DNA of 27,540 nt from Candidatus Bruticola sp. (GCA_051874735.1 JBJEGD010000041.1:1-27540), one strand, 5' to 3'. Positions 16,742 through 26,415 are shown, counted from the first letter of the stretch. The notes: generated from the letters alone by a model not told the origin. Program-made: numbers and translations.

Positions 16742-18979
16742 ATGGGAATTAGTTCAATATTTAATGTAGGCGCCTATCAAGTTAATCGTCAAGCTGTTAA
16801 TCCTGCTCTCATCCGAAATATGGCTAACAGCGCCGGTAACATCAAAGTAGAGGGAAATGCTACCCCTGAGGCGTGGAGTGAGCTAGCCGATCGCGTCGAG
16901 GCTAACGACTGTATCTCGAGAGACGATCTTCGTCAAATACAAGATCTGGGGCGTGCCTGCTTTAAATATCATAGAGAGCTGCATACTGAGTACAAAGCCA
17001 GCGGTTACAAAGATCAAGCTATAAAAGCTGAATTGGCCGACGTACACGTATTTCGCTCTGGGAGCGACCAGATCCGCGAGTCTTTAGCTCTATCCCAGGC
17101 GCAATTAGCCGTTGATGCAGCAGCTGGAGCTTCTTTCGGGCCGACTTCGCTGGTAGTAAATTACGCGGCTTACTCTGACTTGCAAAAGAGTGCTCTAGAG
17201 CCACTAGTTGACAATATTCAAGGACTGCGCGACGGCACTAGCCCCAACCTGTATCAGGGCAACAGTATTGAATCTTTCCACGGAGCTGAAATTTGGAAAG
17301 AAATGAACAACATGCTCGACGACGCCGTCACCCAGGCTAAGGCGGGCAATCCTCAAGAGATCGACGCTCAGTACTACGAACTAACCAGCCCTGAAATTGT
17401 AGGCAAATTAGCCAAGGCTGCAGAAGCTGGCAACAAAGTGCGCGTCAATGTCGATCCGGGACGTCTGGTCGCCTTTGCCGGAGATCACGTGGTTATCGAT
17501 GAAGTGCCGGATAAGTTAAAAACTCTTATCCAGCTCTCTCAAGTAGACGGCGACGTCGCAGTTTCAACTTATCCTATCGAGAAACAGCTTAAGAACCCTA
17601 GCAACTTGATGCATCGCAAAGGACTGCGTGTAGGCGATAAATTCCTGCTTTCCGGTATGAATGCCAATGCCGGTAGCGGCGAAAATATTGATGCCGGTTA
17701 CACTATTGAAGGCCCGGCGGCTAAGCGTTTAGTTCAAAACTTCCAGCGCGACGTCGGTTACTCTATTGGTGCTTCTAACGAAGAAATTTACGGAGTGAAG
17801 CCTCTAGCTGGATTTATGACAGGTGATATAAATATGGGCACTCGCGGTCTTATATCCATGTTCGACTGCGTTAGCGGACCTTCGCCTGCTGGCACAGAGA
17901 TGCCCAAAGCTGCAAACGCTCAACAACTATCCGATATTGCTGAATCAATGGGACAAAATTTAGCAGACTACACAGACTGCTCTATGGAAGAGATTGATCA
18001 GCGGATTAAAAACGGCCAAGATATACCTCTGTCTATTAAAGGCAAGGAAGCTTTTTTAGGTGTTGTCCAACGTGCTCTCGATATAACCCGCTCTCCTGAA
18101 AATGTAGCCAGGCTGCAAGATATTGATATCCCTAGCGGTGATCCTAAGGGGACTACAGCGATAGCTTTAGCAGATCTTCCTAACGATCGACGCGCGGCCA
18201 TGATCCAAACGATTCAAGACGCCGAAGAGTTTATATATGTGCCGGCCTTTGTCATGACCAAAAGCATCGCTTCAGTACTAGTAGCTAAACGCGACGAAAT
18301 GAAAGCTCAAGGTAAAGACATTGATATACGTGTTGTTGCCGACTCCGGAATTTACCCTGACGGCGGAACTCCTAACGAAGGCGGCATCAAATACTTAGAA
18401 GATCATGGCATCGACGTTCACTGGACCTTGCTTCCTCGTAGTTCCAGCCATGACAGAAAAGTTCATGCTAAAGAAATTCTCACCGACAAAGGGGAGTTTT
18501 TTGGCAGCACGAATTTCTCCAACAAAGGTATGGGAGTTAACTGGGAGCATTCCGGATACGTTAAATTCAATCCCGACGACGAAGCTTCTATTTCTCAGCG
18601 CGAAAGTGCCAAAGCTCACTTCCTTAACTTGTGGGACAACGAATCGTTTGGTCTCAACACAAAAGAAACGGCGGCTCAACGTAAAGAAAGAGCTAAGGGA
18701 CAGATCGATTACGAAGTTCAGGTGGAGGAAGCCCGCAGCGGCGTAGTTCGTGAGACGATACGTGGCATCCAAAATTTTGAGAAGGCCAGTGCTGAGTTCG
18801 TCAGTAATTTAATTGCTTCCGATCCTCAGGCTAACGCCCGTATCGACGAATTGGTAATGCAAGGTTACGATCAAGGCTCGGCAACGCTTATGGCTGCCAA
18901 AGAAAAAATGGGTGATGAAGCCTTCTATAGTGCTTTGCATAGTCTACCAGCTTACGAGAGTCTCCAGCAGATAAAATAA
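16742..18979 (+). CDS. Phospholipase D superfamily protein with two HKD-type motifs and N-terminal extension
   Basis: HRKGLRVGDKFLLSGMN (variant) and HAKEILTDKGEFFGSTN (canonical HxKxxxxD...GSxN); strong RBS AGGAGG. Confidence 0.85.
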   Translation: MGISSIFNVGAYQVNRQAVNPALIRNMANSAGNIKVEGNATPEAWSELADRVEANDCISRDDLRQIQDLGRACFKYHRELHTEYKASGYKDQAIKAELADVHVFRSGSDQIRESLALSQAQLAVDAAAGASFGPTSLVVNYAAYSDLQKSALEPLVDNIQGLRDGTSPNLYQGNSIESFHGAEIWKEMNNMLDDAVTQAKAGNPQEIDAQYYELTSPEIVGKLAKAAEAGNKVRVNVDPGRLVAFAGDHVVIDEVPDKLKTLIQLSQVDGDVAVSTYPIEKQLKNPSNLMHRKGLRVGDKFLLSGMNANAGSGENIDAGYTIEGPAAKRLVQNFQRDVGYSIGASNEEIYGVKPLAGFMTGDINMGTRGLISMFDCVSGPSPAGTEMPKAANAQQLSDIAESMGQNLADYTDCSMEEIDQRIKNGQDIPLSIKGKEAFLGVVQRALDITRSPENVARLQDIDIPSGDPKGTTAIALADLPNDRRAAMIQTIQDAEEFIYVPAFVMTKSIASVLVAKRDEMKAQGKDIDIRVVADSGIYPDGGTPNEGGIKYLEDHGIDVHWTLLPRSSSHDRKVHAKEILTDKGEFFGSTNFSNKGMGVNWEHSGYVKFNPDDEASISQRESAKAHFLNLWDNESFGLNTKETAAQRKERAKGQIDYEVQVEEARSGVVRETIRGIQNFEKASAEFVSNLIASDPQANARIDELVMQGYDQGSATLMAAKEKMGDEAFYSALHSLPAYESLQQIK

Positions 18980-19079
18980 CTTATCTCTGTGCAGAATAGT
19001 TGTACTGTAGTCTCTCTGACACTTTGATTGCCCTTGCTCTTCTGAGCTTGAAGTGTCGGAGTGCCTTACGGGCCAACCT

Positions 19080-19125
19080 GGAAGCGTTTCTGTTTTGTAA
19101 GAAAGAGGAACGCTTCCGTTTTTTT
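19080..19125 (+). terminator. Rho-independent terminator downstream of the PLD gene
   Basis: GGAAGCGTTTCT...AGGAACGCTTCC stem with a GTAA loop, followed by GTTTTTTT. Confidence 0.75.
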
Positions 19126-19178
19126 CTAAGCTGTCTTTTTTTGTTATTAAAAAAACAGGAGCTCCTCCCTAATAACTT

Positions 19179-19790
19179 ATGAAAATAAAAAATGTCCAAT
19201 TTATAGTTAGTGCCCCAACTATCAAAGAAGCCCCTCCGCCTTCATCAAGACCAGAAATAGTTGTAGTAGGACGTTCTAATGTCGGAAAATCCTCTTTTAT
19301 CTGTAAGCTAACTAGTCGCAAAATTGCCAAAGTCAGTGCAACTCCAGGCAAGACCAGAATGATCAATTATTTTTTGATTAATGATGACTGGTATCTAGTA
19401 GATCTGCCGGGCTACGGTTTTGCTAAAGTTTCTAAAGCGGAAAAAGAACGATGGGGACGAGCTTTAGAAGAATATTTAGCTCAAAGAGAAAATATTTGCT
19501 TAGCGATTCTGTTGGTAGACTGCAGACATGAAATAAAAGATTCAGATTTGCAAATGTACGCTTGGCTCAAAGAAAATAATTTGAACACAGCTATAGTATT
19601 GACTAAAAGCGATAAACTCAGCCGCAGTCAGCTTATCCAAGCAGAAGCCAGATTAGCTAGAGCTTTTAATTTATCAACTAACGAAATTTTTACCGTTTCC
19701 TCTCAAACTGGCTACGGGTTCGATATATTGGGTAGCTTCCTAGATAACATCCTCATTAAAGCTAAAGCTATCGCTACCTTCAAACTTTAA
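19179..19790 (+). CDS. engB: Ribosome biogenesis GTP-binding protein EngB/YihA/YsxC
   Basis: GRSNVGKSS, SATPGKT, DLPGYGFAK, TKSDK. Confidence 0.95.
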   Translation: MKIKNVQFIVSAPTIKEAPPPSSRPEIVVVGRSNVGKSSFICKLTSRKIAKVSATPGKTRMINYFLINDDWYLVDLPGYGFAKVSKAEKERWGRALEEYLAQRENICLAILLVDCRHEIKDSDLQMYAWLKENNLNTAIVLTKSDKLSRSQLIQAEARLARAFNLSTNEIFTVSSQTGYGFDILGSFLDNILIKAKAIATFKL

Positions 19791-19856
19791 TTTGCTATTG
19801 TCATCCTCTTATCTTTAGCCGTCGGCTTATGCTAATTAGATTTGTTCAGTTTTAAC

Positions 19857-19907
19857 TAACTAAAAAAAGTCCGCAGCTTTACCTCAGCTGACGGACTTTT
19901 TTAGTTA
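19857..19907. terminator. Bidirectional rho-independent terminator between engB and valS
   Basis: TAACTAAAAAAAGTCCGCAGCT-loop-AGCTGACGGACTTTTTTAGTTA; A/T tracts on both sides, between convergent genes. Confidence 0.85.
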
Positions 19908-19922
19908 TTGAAAATCAGGGCT

Positions 19923-22562
19923 TTAAGCTTCTTCTGGCAAATTCTCCACCAGTTCTACATCAATTTCGAAGTGTTCTCCGTTATTGATTTCAGCTTCTTC
20001 CTTCACTACCTGAGCGTCTTCAGCACTTCCAGCCAAAAGGACATCTGAAAGTGACAGTTCTAAAGCTTTTAAATCGGCAGCACTGCCCTTAATAGTTAAA
20101 GTTTTAACTGGCCAGCGCAGTTTTTTCTGAGCTTTAGTTTTTGCCTGACGAATTTTAGAAAGGACCTCTACCGCACAGCTGTAAATATTTTCAGACTCAG
20201 GCTCGGCAGCCCCAAGTTCTTCTACCGTAGGCCAAGGTGAAGTGTGAATAGAGCGCTCTCGGCCCGTTTCAGAAGCGAAGAGCCAAGACCAAACTTCTTC
20301 AGTTATGTAAGGCAAATAAGGAGCGAAGAGACGCAGCATCGTGCGCAAGGACAAATAGAGAGAAGCCATAGCTGAACGACGGCCCTCACTATCCTCTGCC
20401 TCATAAGAGCGCCGTTTGACTAACTCTACATAATCGTCACAAAAGTTCCAGAAATCACCCTCGACGGCTTTTAAAGCAGCAGCATACTCAAACTTGTTAA
20501 AATCATCGGATGCCTCTTTGACTATAGCGCGCAATCGAGCCAGCAAAGCCTGATCGAGAGGCACGGTCACATTCTCTTTTGTCCAGTGTTCTTTAAAATT
20601 GAGATTGGTGCTCAATTGACCAATAACAAAACGACTGGCATTGAAAAGTTTGGTTACTAGTTTGCGTCCCAAATCAAAAAGTTTAGTATCGAAAATGGTA
20701 TCAGTGCCTAAACTGGCTCGAGAAGCCCAATAGCGCACAGCATCGGCGGAATATTCTTCCAGGAAAGGCTTAGGAGTGACCACATTGCCTTTAGATTTTT
20801 CCATCTTCTTGCGATCGGGATCTAAAATCCAACCGCTAATTACCACATGCTTCCAGGGAATAGAATTTTCATGCATCCAGGCTTTGACTATAGTATAGAA
20901 AGCCCAAGTGCGGATAATTTCGTGGGACTGAGGACGCATGTCCATAGGGAACAACTTAGCATGACGATCAGGATCGCTACCCCAACCACTAACTATTTGT
21001 GGAGTTAAGGAAGAAGTAGCCCAAGTATCCATAACGTCGGGATCCCCAATAAAGCCGCCAGGAATACCGCGCTGAGTTTCAGTAAAACCGGGCGCAGGCT
21101 GGCTTAACGGATCGACTGGCAGCATAGAGCTATCCGCGAATATAGGATTTTGATAGTCGGCTACCCCATTTTCATCTAAGCGATACCAAACAGGGAAAGG
21201 CACACCGAAGAAACGCTGACGACTGATACACCAATCATACTGTAAGCCCTCAATCCAGTGTTCAATACGACTGCGCATAAACTCAGGGTGCCACTGAATT
21301 TTGCGAGCCTGTTCCATAATTTGTTCTTTGACGTCGAGAATGCGAATAAACCACTGCCTGGTTGTCACAAACTCTAAGGGGAACTCGCCTTTTTCGTAAT
21401 ATTTGACAAACTGTTTAGTGGGGCGAGGCTCTCCTAACAGATCACCGCTCTCGCGCAACAATTCGACAATTTTAGTTCTAGCTTGCTTCACAAAGAGGCC
21501 TTCCAACTGAGCGTGAGCAGCATTGGCTTTTTCCGGCTCTAAGCTTTGGAACGGTTCCTGAGTATAATCGGCATGGCCTATTTTTCCATCACGGCCTATT
21601 AACTGGCGCAAAGGCAGATTAGACTTGCGCCAATACTCAACGTCGGCAGTATCACCGAAAGTACAAACCATTAAAATACCGGTGCCCTTTTCCGGATCGG
21701 CATGCTCAGCTGGGAGAATAGGAACTAAAGCTTTGAAAATCGGGGTAATGGCCTTTTTACCAAATAAATGTTGGTAACGTTTGTCATCGGGATGAGCAAC
21801 TACAGCTATACAAGCTCCCAGAAGTTCTGGGCGAGTAGTAGAGATAGTAAATTCACTTCCGTCATCAACGCGGAAACGCAAATCATGGAAGCGGCCTTCA
21901 CCCTCTTTATCTACCATTTCCGCTTGCGCTACAGCAGTACCGAATCCTGTATCCCAAGCGGTAGGAAGCTCAGCGTGATAAACACGCCCCTTCTTTACTA
22001 AATCGAGGAAAGAAAGTTGGGAAGCCTTACGACAAGCATCGTTAATAGTACTGTAAGCTAAGTTCCAATCAACGGACAACCCCAAATGACGCCATAAATC
22101 TTCGAAAGCCTGCTCATCCTCTTTAGTTAAAGCTGTACAAGCTTTTATAAAGTTAGGACGAGAAACTTCCCGCTGAGGAGTGAGGTTTTTCTTTTTACTA
22201 TTGGCAACAGGCTGTTTTTCTAACTTAAAATCGGGATCATAGGGTAAATTAGGATTACACTTAATGCCGAAAACATTCTGCACACGCCTTTCTGTGGGCA
22301 GACCATTGTCATCCCATCCCATAGGATAGGCAATATTTTTACCTAACATGCGCTGATAGCGCACAATTAAATCTTGATGAGTGTAAGAGAAGACATGACC
22401 TATATGTAAAGAGCCAGATACAGTGGGAGGCGGACTATCTACTACAAAAGTTTCTTCTCTAGGGCGGGAAGAATCCCAATTATAAATTCCCCATTCTGTC
22501 CAATTCTTTGTCCATTCAGCTTCCGCTGAGGCAAAGTTATATTTTTTGGGAATCGTCTTCAT
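19923..22562 (-). CDS. valS: Valine--tRNA ligase, type 2 (actinobacterial/archaeal-like)
   Basis: PPPTVSGSLHIGH, GWDDNGLPTERRVQ, DWCISRQR, DVMDTWATSS, RPQSHEIIRTW, KMEKSKGN. ATG 22562 is preferred over TTG 22574, which lies only 1 nt from the GGAGG RBS. Confidence 0.95.
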   Translation of the reverse strand: MKTIPKKYNFASAEAEWTKNWTEWGIYNWDSSRPREETFVVDSPPPTVSGSLHIGHVFSYTHQDLIVRYQRMLGKNIAYPMGWDDNGLPTERRVQNVFGIKCNPNLPYDPDFKLEKQPVANSKKKNLTPQREVSRPNFIKACTALTKEDEQAFEDLWRHLGLSVDWNLAYSTINDACRKASQLSFLDLVKKGRVYHAELPTAWDTGFGTAVAQAEMVDKEGEGRFHDLRFRVDDGSEFTISTTRPELLGACIAVVAHPDDKRYQHLFGKKAITPIFKALVPILPAEHADPEKGTGILMVCTFGDTADVEYWRKSNLPLRQLIGRDGKIGHADYTQEPFQSLEPEKANAAHAQLEGLFVKQARTKIVELLRESGDLLGEPRPTKQFVKYYEKGEFPLEFVTTRQWFIRILDVKEQIMEQARKIQWHPEFMRSRIEHWIEGLQYDWCISRQRFFGVPFPVWYRLDENGVADYQNPIFADSSMLPVDPLSQPAPGFTETQRGIPGGFIGDPDVMDTWATSSLTPQIVSGWGSDPDRHAKLFPMDMRPQSHEIIRTWAFYTIVKAWMHENSIPWKHVVISGWILDPDRKKMEKSKGNVVTPKPFLEEYSADAVRYWASRASLGTDTIFDTKLFDLGRKLVTKLFNASRFVIGQLSTNLNFKEHWTKENVTVPLDQALLARLRAIVKEASDDFNKFEYAAALKAVEGDFWNFCDDYVELVKRRSYEAEDSEGRRSAMASLYLSLRTMLRLFAPYLPYITEEVWSWLFASETGRERSIHTSPWPTVEELGAAEPESENIYSCAVEVLSKIRQAKTKAQKKLRWPVKTLTIKGSAADLKALELSLSDVLLAGSAEDAQVVKEEAEINNGEHFEIDVELVENLPEEA

Positions 22563-22847
22563 ATTAACGAACAAGCCTCCAAAGTATATTAACTGCGTGC
22601 TCAGTTAAGAGCAAATAATTTTATTGCTAATCTTGTAAGCAAACTTTTGAGCCTAAACCTGCAGATCCTTGTTTGCTCTACTTACTTTTCCGGACATAAA
22701 TAAGCTGCAATAAGCTAAAAACCTCCTTCAGCAAATAGAACAATCGGCAGAACTTTTTTGAACTTAATATTAAAAAGAACTAAGACAGCCCTGTTAATTA
22801 AATACAAAAAGGAAAGGAGAAAAAATCTGCGGAAAAAGCAGACAGAT

Positions 22848-23297
22848 ATGATTCAAGATAAATGCAAAAATTCTCTAAATTCACCAAAATTTCAAAAAGA
22901 CATACGTAAACAGGCCTACGCTGCCTCAGGTGAAGCTGGATTGAGCTGTTTAAAAGTTCAAAAGCTGGAACCTGCTATGCAGGATTTCTTTGCTTCCCTT
23001 ATTTTAAATTACTTGAATAGAGAACTGCCGAATCTCAACTGGCAAATAAAAATAAAAAGTAACTTTTTCAGCTTGAGCTGGATAGTGAAAGGACAGCGAA
23101 AAGAATGGCTGCAGCTGCGTTTTGCCCCTCGCTTTAGCCGCTGGATGATTGTGCGACGAGGTGGTTTAAAAGTAAGGTCCGATTTACACGGAAGCGTTTG
23201 GTTTCCGCATAATCCTGACAGACCATGTCTTTCTCTCAGTGATTGGCTAGGACAAATACGCAAACTGCTCACTAACCGTTTCGTTGCTCCCCAATAA
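22848..23297 (+). CDS. Hypothetical basic, Trp-rich protein
   Basis: Open frame 22758..23297; ATG 22848 chosen; no recognisable motif. Confidence 0.45.
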   Translation: MIQDKCKNSLNSPKFQKDIRKQAYAASGEAGLSCLKVQKLEPAMQDFFASLILNYLNRELPNLNWQIKIKSNFFSLSWIVKGQRKEWLQLRFAPRFSRWMIVRRGGLKVRSDLHGSVWFPHNPDRPCLSLSDWLGQIRKLLTNRFVAPQ

Positions 23298-23326
23298 GCT
23301 AATCAGGTTCAAGTGCGCTTCTTTTT

Positions 23327-24574
23327 ATGCTGCCGATTCATTATTTATCAAAATTTGCTCATCATATACGCAACTTTTTTAAACTAAAAGATGCTCAAGG
23401 CCGCCATTCAGCCTCACGATGGCTGAGGAAATTAGCCATAACCCCTTCGCCTACAGCTCTAGCGGTGCGCTTTTTTCATAATGAAATGGTCTTTTGCCTT
23501 GCCGCTGCTGCCGCAGCGGCAGCCGTTGTCTGGACAAAACCAAGCTTAAGCGACTGCCGCAACTACATAGATCTACGTGTCTTAGAGCTGCTATTTTCCC
23601 TAATAGCGGCAACGGCCGGCCTGCAGCGCGCCGGTTTATTCCAGTATTTAGCCGTCTCCCTCCGTAGCAAATGCCGCTCTGAATTTATCCTGGGCAACTT
23701 GTTAATTTTACTCTGTTTTTTTGCGGCTATGCTCATCACTAACGATGTAGCTTTAATTGTTTTTGTTCCTTTCACATTACAGGTTATGCGTGAGCAGAAG
23801 GCTCCCAAATTAATTTTCCTCATTGTTATGGAAACAATCGCCGCTAACTTGGGCAGCATGGTAACCCCTTTGGGCAATCCGCAGAATATTTTTCTCTGCT
23901 CTTTTTATAATTTGAGCCTAAGCCAGTTTTTTAAACTCACGATCCCCTGGGGCCTTATATCGTTATTTATAATAGAGCTCATCTTATTGATACATAAATT
24001 ACAAACAGATCAGTCCTCTGTTTTAAGTAACGACCATCCAAAACCGGAAAAACTGGATAAACCGCTGCTGACTCGTTACACCCTTTGTCTACTTCTTTGC
24101 CTTTTAGCAGTAGCTAAAATTATTTCTGCTCATATTTGCGCTATTTTAATTCTCATTTGGCTACTGATAGCAGACCGGCATTTACTCAAAAGTCTTGACT
24201 ACATTTTACTGCTGACCTTTGTCTGCTTTTTTCTATTTGTAGGTTGTGTTGCTCAACAGGATTCAGTAAGACTTTGGATTGGTCATTTGATCAACGGACG
24301 GGAGCTGTTGGCTGGAGCGCTTATATCTCAAATTATCAGCAATGTACCAGCAGCTGTTCTGCTAGCCCCTTTTACTAAAGAAAGTACTGCGTTAATTTTA
24401 GGAGTCAACTTAGGAGGCCTAGGCACTCTGATTGCTTCTCTAGCTAGCTTAATATCGTACAGGATGTATTCTCATATTCCTCAAGCCGATCATAAAAATT
24501 ATCTGCTGACTTTCACATGGCTGAATTTTCTTTTTCTGGCCGTATTACTGTTCTTGGCCTTCTTTCTAGGCTAA
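23327..24574 (+). CDS. Anion permease (SLC13/CitMHS/ArsB-NhaD, YbiR-like)
   Basis: Many TM segments; LITNDVALIVFVP, ETIAANLGSMVTPLGNPQN, SQIISNVPAA, GVNLGGLGTLIASLASLISY. Confidence 0.88.
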   Translation: MLPIHYLSKFAHHIRNFFKLKDAQGRHSASRWLRKLAITPSPTALAVRFFHNEMVFCLAAAAAAAAVVWTKPSLSDCRNYIDLRVLELLFSLIAATAGLQRAGLFQYLAVSLRSKCRSEFILGNLLILLCFFAAMLITNDVALIVFVPFTLQVMREQKAPKLIFLIVMETIAANLGSMVTPLGNPQNIFLCSFYNLSLSQFFKLTIPWGLISLFIIELILLIHKLQTDQSSVLSNDHPKPEKLDKPLLTRYTLCLLLCLLAVAKIISAHICAILILIWLLIADRHLLKSLDYILLLTFVCFFLFVGCVAQQDSVRLWIGHLINGRELLAGALISQIISNVPAAVLLAPFTKESTALILGVNLGGLGTLIASLASLISYRMYSHIPQADHKNYLLTFTWLNFLFLAVLLFLAFFLG

Positions 24575-24588
24575 CAAAAGCACTTTTT

Positions 24589-25218
24589 TTAGTGTTCAAC
24601 TTCACGCAAATAAAGCCTGTTCCAATACCAACGTGGCAAATTCCCTCCTTGCCTGACAAATAATCCCACTACGGCTAAAGCAAACAATATAGAAACAACA
24701 CCACATACCAAGCCTATCCAAGGGCACCAGAATATAGCTGCCAGAAGAGAACAGATAACTAAATCTTCAAGAGACGATATTAACAAAGTACCAACAAAAG
24801 TTAACCCAGGCACTAAATCGATCAGCCATAAGCGCACTAAAGGTTTAGCTAAATTCACTAACAATGATGTAAGACCGCCTACGGCAACCCCTGCAATAAC
24901 TAAACCTATCCAATATGAACAGGTAATTATAGAAAAGGCTAACCAAATGGCGATAGATGTACGCAGAACTAATCCAAAACTATCTAAAACGCGGCTAGAT
25001 ACGCCGAACTTATCAACGATTATCTCTATAACTGCTGCTAAAAACACTAAAGCTATAAAACGCCCGTCAGACATAAAGCTAAAATTGGGATCGAGCCAAA
25101 GCCAGCCCAAATGGGCCAGAATAGAAACTCCTAATAGACAGAGACCAGCTCTAGCTCCGCAGCAGGCTGAAACGCCGAAGCTAAAAAAGAAACTAAACCA
25201 AAAGGCAGTATCGGCCAT
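24589..25218 (-). CDS. DUF4126-like membrane protein
   Basis: FGVSACCGARAGLCLL, IEIIVDKF...LD and ISSLED resemble the DUF4126 pattern; ATG 25218 behind GGAGG. Confidence 0.65.
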   Translation of the reverse strand: MADTAFWFSFFFSFGVSACCGARAGLCLLGVSILAHLGWLWLDPNFSFMSDGRFIALVFLAAVIEIIVDKFGVSSRVLDSFGLVLRTSIAIWLAFSIITCSYWIGLVIAGVAVGGLTSLLVNLAKPLVRLWLIDLVPGLTFVGTLLISSLEDLVICSLLAAIFWCPWIGLVCGVVSILFALAVVGLFVRQGGNLPRWYWNRLYLREVEH

Positions 25219-25292
25219 TATTCCTCCCAACTAGCTTCTCAATAAACTAATAGGCATATTTCCGTAAATACTATAAAGATGCCTTTATATAT

Positions 25293-25327
25293 AAAGAAAA
25301 AGAACGTCTCTACAATGAGACGTTCTT
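25293..25327 (-). terminator. Rho-independent terminator for the 25408..26361 gene
   Basis: AAGAACGTCTC-tacaat-GAGACGTTCTT perfect 11-bp stem, followed by a T-rich tract on the minus strand. Confidence 0.8.
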
Positions 25328-25407
25328 CTATCCATGATAATAAATTTACACTATATTAGAATGCACACAAAGACTGTACACTACATATCTGCGATTTTAC
25401 TGTAAGT

Positions 25408-26361
25408 TTATATAGAATACTCTATAGATAAATCTTCTAACTGATAACCTTCAAAATTCTTGATTTTTTCCATCATTTGCTCACGCATGGAAGTAATTTG
25501 CTCCTGCATTTGAGCATTTAAAGCAGCAACCACAGCATATTCTTCACTATTGGCAACGTTATTTCTTGCAGTCTGCATATGCCCTTTGCAGTTACTGGCA
25601 AAATCATCGGCCAAATAATACAAATCTGGAGGCAGAGTCTGTTTCAGCTGCTCGGCAGCAGAATCGATAGAAGCATCTTGAGATTCAATATTAGCTCTTT
25701 CCATGAGAGACTGAAGGCGAGCCTGTCCTTCGGGAGTACTCATAACAGCGCTTAAATTATCGGAATTACTGTACAACTCCATTAATTCAGCACTGGCTGA
25801 ACCAGCTGGATAGCTCTCCTCTTTATCTAGAGCAGCTAACTGAGCCTGGTACTTAACTTCTTTTTCGTAATCGGCGCGGGCGGCACTACTTACTGCATCT
25901 TCAGGCACCCCGTAATTTATTTGAGGGCGACCATTTTCATCTAAAATTAAAGCGCCGTTTTCATCGACGGCATAACTATTTTTAGAGAAAAATTTGCTTT
26001 TCTCTACTTCTACATTATCTGCTTCTCTTTCAATCTCAATCTGAGCTCTCTTATTCTCTTTTTCTTCTAACTTACTCAGGTCTAATATAGCTGCTTGCAT
26101 ATTGTTCTGAGTACCGAACAAGCTAAAACTGCTAGAGTTTGGACTCTCAGGTACCTCAATACCACAAGCAGCCAGTTTTTCACGCATATCAGCTAAAGCT
26201 TGAGTATAATCTAGGCCTAAACTAGCTTGAGAAGAAGCAGCTCCATCGTTATTACCTACAGTTTGAGCACCAGGAGCGAACCCAGCGACCATAGAGACTA
26301 AAGAACCGAAATTAGGCAACCCAGTGCTGATCAGATTACCAGAAGCACCAATTCCATCCAT
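25408..26361 (-). CDS. Hypothetical acidic, helical protein; 5' end abuts the putative prophage end
   Basis: 317-aa ORF with its own terminator; no Shine-Dalgarno upstream of the ATG. Confidence 0.7.
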   Translation of the reverse strand: MDGIGASGNLISTGLPNFGSLVSMVAGFAPGAQTVGNNDGAASSQASLGLDYTQALADMREKLAACGIEVPESPNSSSFSLFGTQNNMQAAILDLSKLEEKENKRAQIEIEREADNVEVEKSKFFSKNSYAVDENGALILDENGRPQINYGVPEDAVSSAARADYEKEVKYQAQLAALDKEESYPAGSASAELMELYSNSDNLSAVMSTPEGQARLQSLMERANIESQDASIDSAAEQLKQTLPPDLYYLADDFASNCKGHMQTARNNVANSEEYAVVAALNAQMQEQITSMREQMMEKIKNFEGYQLEDLSIEYSI

Positions 26362-26415
26362 GACAGATATAAGGGATCGGATGTTTTAAGAGAAAGCCCA
26401 TTTTTTAGATCTCCT

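Noticed and set aside
18981-19199. 60-72 aa ORFs between PLD and engB
   Set aside because: The region is better explained by hairpins and a terminator; the translations reflect A/T tracts.
22575-22760. T-box riboswitch upstream of valS
   Set aside because: No GGTGGNACCGCG-like T-box sequence or terminator/antiterminator visible on the minus strand.
1758-25234. Short ORFs nested in or antisense to larger genes (1758, 6811, 7108, 8305, 8902, 9429, 10361, 11509, 11969, 13779, 17019, 17998, 18395, 18405, 19169, 21768, 23009, 23563, 24947)
   Set aside because: They overlap better-supported genes, lack motifs and look like shadow frames.
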